DNA of 64,000 nucleotides, taken from assembly GCA_039028615.1 (NCBI GenBank), contig JBCCHT010000026.1, positions 1 to 64,000 of the forward strand, given 5' to 3'. Origin of the DNA: Myxococcota bacterium (GTDB lineage Bacteria > Myxococcota_A > Polyangia > Nannocystales > Nannocystaceae). A program made the translations under genes and the position numbers. The number at the start of each line of letters is the position of its first letter. Position 1 is the first letter of the stretch. The notes beneath the pieces were generated by a model. That model searched no databases. It was not told the DNA's origin and was given only the letters and a program-made list of their open reading frames with translations. Below, piece after piece: positions 11,406 through 24,400 of this stretch.

Positions 11406-12580
11406 GGCCACGTCAGGGAATCGAGGAAGGAGCGGGCGAGCGCGACGCGATCGGGCGGGGCGCTGAACATCGACAGGTGATCACCTCGGCCCGACTCGTG
11501 CATGGTCGAGTCGGCGAGCTTCGATGCCGCGACGCGCGAGCCTTCGGGGTGTGCGGTGTGGTCGTCCTGGCTCGTGACCACGAGCGAGCGCTGCCGGACC
11601 CTGGCGAGGGTGGGGCGCAGGTCGGTACTCATGATCGAGCCGTTGAGCCACGCATAGCGGTAGAGCAGCTCGGCGTTGGCGTAGGGATAGAGCAGGACGG
11701 GGGACAGCGCGGTGTCGATGGAGTCGAGCGGTGTCGAACGGATCATCTCGAGCAGCTGCGTCGCGCTGTCGCGGCTGCGCCGGGCGATGGACAACAGCTC
11801 GATCAAGTTGGTCTGGTGCTCCGTGCGTGGAGCCTCGTCTCCCAGGTCGTAGTCGCCGTGCCACAGACTCAGGCTGTGCACGCGTCCGGGGGCCGCTGCC
11901 GCTGCGGCCACCGCCATCGACGTGCCGCCGCAGATGCCCATGATGTGGGCAGATGGGACGTCGTAGTGGTCGAGCAGCGCAACGATGTCCGTCGCTTGGT
12001 CCTCGATGCGCGCGGCCGCCTCGTCGAAGGGGCTCGCGGTGCCAAAGAGCCCGCGGCTGGTCCAGGTGAGCACCTGATACTCGCCGCCGATCTCGTCGAG
12101 CCACGGGCGGGTCAGCTGTCCCAGCATGCCGCAGGCCGACGCGATCACGATGGTTCGATCCCTCGGACCGGGCGCGGCGAAGGCCCGTATCGTGGCGCCG
12201 TCGGGCGTTCGAAGATCGGTGCCGCGAAACCGGGCGTCGAAGGTCTGCGAGGTCCATCGGGGCAGGGACCGGGCGATGATCTGAGCGTCGAGCCCCTGAT
12301 CCGCGAGCTTCGACGCGGCTCCCAGTTCGCTCGCGAAGTAGGCATGGAGCTGAAGCAGCAGCTCGTCGCTACCCGCCCCGGTCGGGGCCGAGCCGCGGGA
12401 GCTGGGCAGCAGCTGCAGACCTTCGATGAACGCCTCGAGCACGTCGCGGGCGGGCGACAGTCGCGGCGGGAGCAGCTGCGCCGCGGTCAGGCCGGGCTCG
12501 ACCGCACCGACGATGGGCTTGGCCGCCAGCAGTCGGTCGCACATCGCGAGGGCGGCCGTATCGGTCTCGGTGTTCACCAT
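11402..12580 (-). CDS. Alpha/beta-hydrolase-fold aminoacyl transferase with Cys nucleophile (SyrC/CmaE-like)
   Basis: Nucleophile elbow GICGG (Cys in place of Ser), C-terminal GDH His; directly downstream of the halogenase. Confidence 0.78.
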   Translation of the reverse strand: MVNTETDTAALAMCDRLLAAKPIVGAVEPGLTAAQLLPPRLSPARDVLEAFIEGLQLLPSSRGSAPTGAGSDELLLQLHAYFASELGAASKLADQGLDAQIIARSLPRWTSQTFDARFRGTDLRTPDGATIRAFAAPGPRDRTIVIASACGMLGQLTRPWLDEIGGEYQVLTWTSRGLFGTASPFDEAAARIEDQATDIVALLDHYDVPSAHIMGICGGTSMAVAAAAAAPGRVHSLSLWHGDYDLGDEAPRTEHQTNLIELLSIARRSRDSATQLLEMIRSTPLDSIDTALSPVLLYPYANAELLYRYAWLNGSIMSTDLRPTLARVRQRSLVVTSQDDHTAHPEGSRVAASKLADSTMHESGRGDHLSMFSAPPDRVALARSFLDSLTWP

Positions 12581-12588
12581 CGGGCGGG

Positions 12589-13532
12589 TCAGCGGGTCAC
12601 GAAGCGATGGCCGCGAGTGGTGTGCGTGGCGATCGGGTTGTGGTGGTGTTCGTCTTTGCCCGAGACCAGGACCGAGCCGAAGCGCTCGAGCGAGATTCGG
12701 CCGCCGTACTCATGGACCTCTTCGGTGTCCGGGTAGACCCGGACACAGGTGGGCACGTAGCGAGACGTGAAGCCGATGCGCGGCGTGTCGGTGCGGCCGA
12801 GGTGAGGGTGCGAGGCGTGCAGGAGCGTCGACCAGAAGATGACGCACTCGCCCGGCTCCAGCTGCATCGAGATCGCTTGGTCCTCCGCGGGCCGCCAGTC
12901 GGGGTCGATCTGGAGCTCGCGGTAGTCGTAGCCGAAGAATCCGCGCTGGGCTCCGTTCTTGACCTGCGTGCCGATCTTGGCGGGGTCGTAGTGGATGTCT
13001 TTGGCCTCGTCGTAGTGCATGTCCCGGTGGGTGCCGGGAATGAACTGGAGGCACCCGGTCTCGATCGTGGACGGCGTGAGGGCGGTCCACACGGTGACCG
13101 TGCCGCCGAAGTCTCGCTGCGCGTCCGGCCACACGATCTGCGGAGTCCCGGAGACGTTGGCGAAGGTGTCCGCTTGGTGCCAATCGGTCCCCTCGTCTCC
13201 CGGATACTTGGGAAAGAACTCACTGCGCCAGCAGAGCACGTTGGGCCCGAGGATTCGGCGCACTCGCTCCACGATCCCGGAGTGACAGACGTGCTCCGCA
13301 AGCCAGTTCGAGTCGAGGTGCCGATCGTAGTTGCTGATGTCCGTGTTGCCGCTGGCCGTCTCGTCACCGTAGACGGCGTGGCTGCGGTCGAGCAGAGCGA
13401 GCCGGAGCTTCTTCCAGCTGCGCTCCATCTCCTCCCGGGAGTACAGGCGAATCGGGCCGAGGTAGCCCTGGGCACGGAATGATGCCAGCTCGGCATCGAG
13501 GTCGACGGGTGGGCGCGTTCCCTTGGATCCGG

Positions 13533-13536
<4 letters not shown>
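12589..13536 (-). CDS. Non-heme Fe(II)/2-oxoglutarate carrier-protein-dependent halogenase (SyrB2/BarB family)
   Basis: NYDRHLD, WRSEFFPKYPGDEGTDWHQADTF (HxA instead of HxD/E), GFFGYDYRELQ, distal His in LLHASHPH. ATG 13536 overlaps the upstream stop. Confidence 0.93.
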
Positions 13537-15365
<1,829 letters not shown>

Positions 15366-15409
15366 GGGTCGGCGGCTGACGAGCCTAGCGGCGCGGAACA
15401 TCGGTCTGC

Positions 15410-15483
15410 CGCTCAACGTTGAGCGCGACGAAGGTCGATGCATGCACCTTCACGACGCTCACAGAGGGGTCTCAACATTGAGC
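15410..15483. promoter_or_regulatory. Candidate operator sites in the divergent promoter (two CTCAAC[G/A]TTGAG palindromes)
   Basis: Perfect 16-bp palindrome CGCTCAACGTTGAGCG (15410-15425) and near copy CTCAACATTGAGC (15471-15483), with GAAGGT-N10-ACCTTC (15430-15451) between them, all in the gap between the two divergent operons. Confidence 0.5.
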
Positions 15484-18400
15484 AGAGGGCGTCCGGGGAC
15501 CTGGCTATAGAGCCCAGGGTGGACGATGGACGGTCATCGAGCCTCCCGCGGGAAACGCTTCTCACGACGTTGATCGGGATCGTCGACGAACTCGTCTCCA
15601 GCGACGGGGAGGTCCGGCCGGACTCGCGGTTGACGGAGCTGGGGATCGGCTCGTTGCTCGCGGTGAGGCTGGGTCTCGCGATCGAGCGCGAGCTGGGGGT
15701 CGAACTCGAGGTCTCGACGTTCGCCGAGCCCATCGAACTCGAAGAGCTGGCGCACCGGATCGAAGAGCGCCGGGGTGATGAGCCGGTCGCGGCGCCCGCA
15801 GCTGCGAGTGAGGCTCGGACGGTGGACCCGGGCGAGCGCGTGCCGCTGACCGACCTGCAGCAGGCGTACCTCGTGGGGCGGGAAGCGGGGCTGACGGACG
15901 ACCCGGTTGGCTGCACCCTCTATAGAGAGTTCGAACTCGAGCGAGTGGACGTCCCGCGGCTCGAGACCGCGTGGCGCCAGGTGGTCGAGCGGCATCCCGC
16001 GCTGCGGATGGTGGTCGTGACCGGGGGGCGGCAGGAGGTCGCCTCTTCGGCACCGCGCGTTTCGTTCGTGGTGCATGCGCTCGAAGACTCGAGCGCGAGC
16101 GAGCGCGAGGCCGCGGTCTCGTCGACGCGCGAGCGAATGCGACGTCGGGTGTTCGACGCGGCGGGTGGCGGCTCGATGTTCTCGGTCGAGGTCTCGCACC
16201 GCTCTTCCACGATGAGCACGGTGCACCTGGCCATCGACGGGCTGCTGACCGACGGGCACGGGCTCTCGATCCTGGTGTCGGACTGGGCAGCGCTCTACGA
16301 CCAGCCCGAAGTACGGCTCGAAGCGCCGCGCGGGGACTACCGGGGGCACCTGCTCGCACTGTCTTCGCAGGGGGCCGAACGTCGCAAGCGGCAGCTCGCG
16401 GAGTGGATCGAGCATTTCGAGGAAGGGGTGCCGCCGAGCCCCGCGTTGGGAGGTCCCGCTGCCGACCTGGAGTCGGGGCCGCGTCTTCACCTGCACGAGT
16501 CGATCCCGGTCGCACGCACGCGAGGTCTGTGGGCCGTGGCGGAACGCTGGGGTGTGTCTCCGTCTTCGCTCGTCTTGGCGTGTTTCATGGAGGTCCTGGC
16601 CCGCAGCAGCGAACCGCAGCGGGCGGCCACGGTGGTGGTCACCCAGAGCGTTCGCGATCGTTGCGAGCCCGCGCCGGATGGCGTGATCGGTCCGTTTACC
16701 AACACTCTGCTCGTCGATCTTCCCGATCCCAACACCGCGTCGTGGCCGAAGTTCGCTCGAGGTGTTCATCGACGACTGTGGGACGCGGTCGGTCGAGGTG
16801 CGGTGGGCGGTACTGCGGTCCTTCGCGAGCTTCGGCGACGACACGGACAGGCTCCGCCATCTTTGCCGGTGGTGTACACGAGCATGCTGGGTATCTCGCG
16901 GCCGGGCGGGAGACTCGATCGCTTTACGGCGAGCGAGGTCTTGGCGGCCAGCCAGACCTCGGGGGTGCAGCTGGACTTTCAGGTCGAGGAGCGTGACGGC
17001 TCACTGCACCTGCGGTGGGATGTGCTCGAGGCCGCGTTCACACCCGGCGGGGCGCAGGTGTCGTTCGCCGCGTTGGTGAACTCCCTCGAGGCGCTCGCGA
17101 CTCTTCGCTCCGGCCCGTTCGCGCGGTGGCCTCTCAATGCGCTGCAGCAGGCGTACTACGTGACTCGGGCCTCACCCGAGCCGGTCGCTCGCGCTGGTTG
17201 CCAGGTGTACCTGAGCTTCGAGGTCGACGAACTCGACCTGCCGCGGCTGGAGAAGGCCTGGCACCGCGTCGTGATGAACCACGACGTCATGCGTGCCACG
17301 GTGACGCGCGAGGGGGAGCTGGTGCGGCTACCGGTTGCTCCGGCTCGCCTGAAGATTCCGGTCATCGACCTCGAAGGTCGTGACGATGCCGCGGCGTGTC
17401 TCGAAGAACTCGCGCATGAAATGGCGGGGGTGGCGTTTCCGCTGGGGCGTTGGCCGATGGCGGATCTTCGGGTGACGCTCGCGAGCGGCACCGCGGTCGT
17501 TCACCTCGCGCTGGACCTCATCCTGTTGGACGGGATCAGCCTGCATCGCCTCGCCCGGGAGCTGATGCACGCCTACGCGGACCCGAGGCACATGCCTCGG
17601 CGGGCGCTCCCGTGGCCGCCGATCGAACGATCGAGGTCCACCGACGACGTCGCCGCGGTGCGGGCGTATTGGCGTGATCGGTTCGCCGAGATGCCGGCTG
17701 GGCCCGCGGTGCCCGATTCTGAGGTTCCGGCTCACGAGCGCCGTCGCTTTCGATTGGTGGGTGAGGTCGGTTCCTGGCGGGCGGTGGCGGACGCTGCGGC
17801 GGCTGATGGCCTCGAACCGGATCACGTGGTCTTGGCCGCGCTCCTCGAAGCGTTCGCTCGGCAGTGGGGCGACGCGCCGTTCTCGTTGCCGGTCGTGCGG
17901 TGGAGCGAAGCGCTCGATCCTCATCGCCCGGCCGAACGCACCGTGCTCAGCTGGGTCAGCCACGATGGGGCGCGGAACTCCGTGTTGGATCGGGCCCGAC
18001 GCGTTCGCGAATTGCTCGCCGCGGATCCTCCTGCTTCGGCTCCGAGTGGCCTCGATGTCTTGAGGACGAAGGTGCTCCGGGCTCGGCGCTCGGGTGAGTT
18101 CTCGTTGCCCTTGGTCTACACCAGCGTGCTGCAGCTCGAGGGCGACCTCCTCCCCGAGGGCGTCCGGCACGGACCGTGGCTGACCTATACCCCCGACGTC
18201 GCGATCGACTGCATCGCGATGGACGAAGGGGGCGGGTTGCGCTGCACGTGGGACGCGGACGAGGCCGTGGTCGTGCGCGAGCGAATCCAGGCCGTGTTCG
18301 ACACGTTCCTGGAGCTGCTCGGCGCGGCGGTCGATGGCGTACGGAGTCCTTCGGCGCCTGTGGAACCGCCGACTCTGCCGGAACCGCTGCGGACCACGGT

Positions 18401-21400
18401 GCTCCAGGAGTGGAACGACACCGCGGCGCCCTTCCACACCGACGATCTGATCCACGGTGGCTTCGAGCGCTACGCGGCGGCCAGGCCCGGTGCGATCGCG
18501 CTGAGGTGGTCCGCGGGGCAGCTCTCGTTCGGTGAGCTCAACGCCTTGGCGAACCGTATCGCGTGGCGCCTGCGAAGAAGCGGCGTCGCGCCGGGTGACC
18601 TCGTCGCCGTGCATGTCCCTCGGGGGCCTCTGCTGATCGCGGCGGTGCTGGGCGTGGTCAAGGCGGGAGGCGCCTACGTGCCGCTCGATCGGGGGCTGCC
18701 TGCGCCTCGCATTCACTCGATTCTCCGTCGCTCCCAGTGCCGACGGATGCTGATGACCGAAGCGGCGGACCTCGAGCTCGATCCCGCCGTCGAGCGGATC
18801 GTGCTCGACGACACGGGACCGGCCGAAGGAGGCCCGTGGCCGTCGAACGATCTGGAACCCATCGCGAGCACCGATGACGTGGCCTACGTCATCTTCACGT
18901 CGGGAAGCACGGGCGAGCCCAAGGGCGTGGTCGTCACGCACCGCCCCGTACTCAACCTGTTGCGATGGGCCCAGCGACGCTTCGACTTCGACGACCGCGA
19001 CATTGGGCTCGCCATCGCTTCGATCGGCTTCGATCTGTCGGTCTTCGACGTGTTCGGTGTCCTCGGCGAGGGCGGCAGCTTGTACGTGGCGAACGAGCGC
19101 GAGCAGAAGGACCCCGACGCGTTGTTGCAGGTGCTGCTCGAGCAACGCATCACGTTTTGGAACTCGGCTCCCGCCGCGCTGGCTCAGGTCATGCCGCTGG
19201 TGGCCCGAGCCCAGGGGCAATCGGAGACCGAGCACCTGCGCTTGGTATTTCTCAGCGGAGACTTCACGCCGTTGTCGTTGCCCGATGAGCTGCGGGCGGT
19301 TTTTGGTGGCGCCAAGTGCATCAACCTCGGAGGGGCGACCGAAGCCACCGTCTGGTCCAACTACCACGAGATCGGAGCCGTCGACCCCGAGTGGCGGAGC
19401 ATTCCCTACGGGCGGCCCATCGACAACGCGCGCTACTACATCCTCGATGAGTCGCTCGAGCCGGTCGCGCCGGGGGTGGAGGGAGACCTCTATATCGGAG
19501 GCGATTGTCTCGCTGCGGGCTACCTGCGAGAGCCCGAGCTGACCGCTCGGAGCTTCGTGCTCGATCCTTTCGTGGCGAACGCGGGGAGCCGGATGTACCG
19601 GACCGGCGATCGTGCGCTGTTCCTGCCGGACGGGGTCATGTCGTTCGTCGGCCGGAACGACGGGCAGGTCAAGATTCGCGGCTTTCGGGTGGAACTCGGG
19701 GAGATCGAGCACTGCTTGCGACAGCACCCCGGCATCAAGGACGCGGTCGTGCTCGCCCGCACCGATGCGGGAGGAGACCGCAAGCTGGTCGCCTATCTCC
19801 GCACCGAGTCCGAGGCCGCGCCGAGCACCCGGGAGCTGCGGGCGCATGCCGCCGCGACCCTGCCGAGCTACATGGTGCCCAACTTCTGTCATCGTGTGGA
19901 GAGCTGGCCGGTGACGGCGAACGGGAAGCTCGATCGCGATGCACTCCCGTGGCCGTTGAACTCGGCCACGACCGAGCTGGCCGCCCCTGTTGCCGAGCTC
20001 ATCCCGGAGCCGAAGGTGCCCGCCATCGACCAGCGTCAGCTGTGCCGCGAGGTCGCCTCGATGTTCGCGGATGCGTTGGGCGTGGATGTCGATGAGCAGG
20101 AAGATCTGTGGGACCAGGGCGCTACGTCGTTCACGATGGTCCAGGTCTCCAACCGTCTTCGTGATCGGTTTGGATGTCGGATCCCCGTCGCTGCGCTCAT
20201 CGACGACGCGACCGTGGTCGGGGTCGCGGCCCTCGTGGCGGAGCGCATGGACCCGAGCAAGGCGGGCGTTGCGTCGGCCGTCGTTGCGGAATCTCCGACC
20301 AACGTTCGTCCCTCGCCACCGATCGACGAAGAGCCCGCGTCGGTCGACCTGCTGGACGCCAATGCAGTGGCACGCTTCAAGGCTCGCCACCTGCATCGAC
20401 GACCGCGCTCGGGAGCAACGACCATCGCGTTGCCCGAGCGGGGCTCCGATCGATCGCTCCATCGTCTTCGGGCCACCTGCCGTCGCTTCGAGTCCCGAGT
20501 CGTGGCGTTCGAGTCGTTGGCACAGCTGCTGGGGTCACTCGCCGACGTGCCGGGGGAGCCTACGCGGCGGCTGTACCCCTCCGCGGGGGAGACCTACGCG
20601 GTGCAGGTCTACGTCCACGTGCGCGACGGCGCCGTCGAGTCGGTTCCGGGGGGCCTGTATCACTACCGGCCGTCCGACAACGAGCTCGAGCGCATCGAAG
20701 GCCGGCTCGGATCGCACCTGCACTTCATCTACAACCGCCCCATCGCGGAGGCGGCTGCGTTCGGGTTGTTCTTGGTGGGGCAGACGCGGGCGATCGAGCC
20801 GCTCTACGGCGACCTGACCGACCGGCTGCTGGCCGTCGAAGCCGGCTACATGGGGCAGCTGCTGATGATGGGCCAGGCGAGCGCCGGCCTCGGCTTGTGC
20901 CCGATTGGAGACGTGGCGACGGAGGTCCTGACCCGGGGTTTCGGCCTCGACCCGGACCATCGCTTCGTACACGCGCTGCTCGGCGGTCCCGTCGATCACG
21001 ATAGCCGCCACGGTACGCTCGGGTTCCCCCGCTCAGCTACGTCTGCCGAAGCACCGCGGTCGTTGCCGGACGAGGTGGCGGTGGTCGGCATGGCGGTGCG
21101 GTGCGCGGGCGCGGATACGCCTTCGCAGCTATGGAGCGGGCTGGCATCGGGCTCGTGCTCCATCCGTCCCTTGCCGCCAGCTCGCCGGGCGCAGTTGGCC
21201 GCGGGGGGGCACGCGTTGCCCGAGGTCGAGGGCGGGTTCCTCGACTCCATCGATCACTTCGACTGCCTGCGGTTTCGCGTCTCCCCCCGTGAGGCGAAGA
21301 GCCTCGACCCTCAGATCCGCCTGTTGTTGCAGGCCGTGTGGTCGTGTCTCGAGGAGGCCGGGCACACCGCGGAGTCTCTCCGGCGGGACGCCCCGCGAGT

Positions 21401-24400
21401 CGGGGTCTTCGTCGCCGCGATGTGGCACGACTACCAGCTGGCGGGCGCCGATGCGAGACGAAACGGAGGCGACGGCACAGTCTCCGCGCTCGGCTCCGAC
21501 ATCGCCAACCGGGTTTCCTTCGCCTTCGGCTTCGACGGTCCGAGCCTGGCGATCGACACCTCGTGCACGTCCTCGATCACCGCGCTGCATCTGGCATCAC
21601 GTGCCATCGCCAGCGGTGAGTGTGACGCGGCGATCGTGGCTGCGGTCAACCTCGTGTCTCACCCCTTCCACCTGGGGATCCTCAGCGACCTCGAGTTGCT
21701 GGGGGAGGGGGCGGTTCGTGCCTTCGATACGAACGCGACGGGCTGGAATCCGGGTGAAGGCGCAGCCGCGGTGTTGCTGAGGCCGCACGGAGCGGCGCTG
21801 GGCGGCGGTGAGCATGTGCACGGAATCGTGGAGGCCACTCGGGTCGGACACTCGGGTCGTGGTCGGCGCCTCACGGCGGCGCGCAGCGATGTGCTCGCGC
21901 GTTCCTTGGAACAAACGCTGCGCGACGCGGGGCGCTCGGTGGAGGAACTCGACTATGTCGAGTGCTCGGCCGCGGGAGCGAGCATTGCCGACCAGGCCGA
22001 GCTCGAGGCCATCGAGGAACTCGTTCGGGGGCAGCGAACACGAGCGCTACCCATCGGGACCACCAAGCCCAACGTCGGGCACCTCGAGGCTGCCGCTGGT
22101 CTCGTGCAGCTCATCAAGGTGCTGCTGCAGCTGAAAGAGGAGAGCTTCGCACCGACGTTGGCTGCGGCCGATGCATTGGCGGGGCAGATCGATGCGGTGG
22201 ACCTGGTCACGGAGCCGCGACCATGGCGAACAGTCGCTGGGTCTACGCGGCGCGCGTTGGTCAACGCGATGGGAGCCACGGGGACACACGGTCACGCGTT
22301 GATCCGCGAAGCCGAACTGGCGAACGCGGTGAGCGACAGTGCGATGGGGCCCAACATCATCACGCTGTCTGCGACGACTCCCGAGGCCCTGAGCAAGATG
22401 GCCGACGCGCTACGTCGGTCGCTCGAAGCGGCGCCCGACGGTGGGCGAACGCTGCCGGACGTCGCGTTCACCACCCAGTGCGGACGGGCGGCATTGCCTC
22501 ACCGGGCGGCGTTCGTCGCCGACGATCGGTCGAGGCTCGTCCGGAGTCTCGACGCGTTCGTCTCCGGTCGCTTCGGCGCCGAGGTGTTGACCGGCCATGT
22601 CCCGACCCCCGACACCGGGAGCCCACGCTCTGTGCCGGCCGATCCGTACCGCGCCGCCCGGGCATGGTGTGAGGGAGTGGCGTTGGACTGGAGGCAAGCG
22701 TGGCGCGGTTCACCTCGACGGGTCTCGCTGCCGGGGCATCCTGCCGCGGAGGAGTCCTACTGGCTCGACCCTTCACCCCGCGCGACGGAGAAGTCTCCGG
22801 CATCCGAGCGAGCCGCCGACACCGAGGCGCTCGAGCAGCACTTGGTCCGCGTGTTCGCTCGTGTCTCGGGCTTCGACGTGGCGCAGGTGAGCGTCGACGT
22901 GCCCTTCGAGGAGTATGGCATCGACTCGCGGATGATCGTCGAACTGAGCGATGTGATCGGCCGTGAGCTGAGCTCGGTGCCCAACTCGCTATTCTTCGAG
23001 GCTAGAGACCTGGCCGAGGTCGCCGACTACTTGCGCGCTCGCGGAGGTACTACCGCCTCGAGCTCGGCGAAGCCGAGCCCCGCGCGTGGCGATGCCACGG
23101 GGACAGACGAACCGATTGCCATCATTGGTTTGGCCGGTCGCTACCCGGGCGCCGCGGACCTCGATGCGCTATGGGAGCTGTTGGTCGAGGGCCGAGACAT
23201 GGTCGGGCCACTGCCCTCGTCACGTCGTCAGCCGGGGTGGCCCGTGGACTCGATGTGGGGGGCGTTCCTCGAGCACGTCGATCGTTTCGATCCGCTGACC
23301 TTCGGTATCTCGCCGCGTGACGCGGGATTGATGGATCCTCAGGAACGACTCTTCCTCGAGGTTGCGTGGGAAGGTCTCGAGGATGCGGGCTACGGTCGTA
23401 CTCGCCTGCGGACGCGCCATGGATCGCGATGCGGCGTGTTCGTAGGCGCGATGTACAACGAGTACCCGTTCTTCGGCGTCGAGCGTACGGCGAGGGGCGG
23501 CGAACCACTGTCCTGCGGCTCGGCGATCGCGGGTATCGCCAACCGGGTCTCCCACTTCCTGGATGCGAACGGGCCCAGCCTCACGGTGGACACGATGTGT
23601 TCGTCGAGCCTGACCGCGCTGCACCTGGCGGTGGAGAGCCTGCGGCGAGGGGAGTGCGAGGTCGGGCTGGTCGGCGGGATCAACCTGTGCCTGCACCCCA
23701 ACAAGTTCGTGACGCTCAACCAGCTCGGGATGGCATCGTCCGACCATCGGTGCCGGAGTTTCGGTACGGGGGGAGACGGCTTCGTTCCGGGAGAGGGGAT
23801 CGGGGCCGTCATTCTCAAGCCGCTGTCGCGTGCTCGGGCCGACGGGGATCGCATTCGGGCGGTGGTGCGGGCGACCGCGATCAACCACGGCGGTCATACC
23901 CACGGCTATACCGTTCCCAATCCTCGCGCGCAGGCGAGCGTCATCACCGAGGCGTTGCGCCGAGCCGAGGTGAACCCGCGAACGATCGACTACATCGAAG
24001 CTCACGGTACGGGGACCTCGCTCGGCGATCCGGTCGAGATTGCTGGCCTGACGCGCGCGTTCGGATCACAAGCGCGTCCGGTTCCCCATGCCGTCGGTTC
24101 GATCAAGTCGAACCTGGGCCACCTCGAGGCGGCGGCCGGGGTACTCGGGTTGACCAAGTGCGTGCTGCAGCTCGAGCGGGAGATGCTGGTGCCTTCGCTG
24201 CATGCCGACGAACTCAATCCCGACGTCGACTGGTCTTCGGTGCCGCTGCGAGTGCAGCGAGAGGCAGAGTCGTGGGCGGCTCCGCGAGACGGGCGAGGAG
24301 CAGGCGAGCCGCGACGAGCCGCGGTGAGTGCGTTCGGAGCAGGGGGGTCCAATGCCCACGCGATCATCGAGGCAGGCGAGCTGCGGCGTCGTTCCTCCGA

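Noticed and set aside
17328..20462. Long antisense ORF (1044 aa) and similar shadow ORFs (e.g. 4351-5466, 32390-34429, 56958-58769, 61329-63236)
   Set aside because: They overlap motif-rich genes, have no recognisable domains, and are expected in high-GC DNA with strong codon bias.
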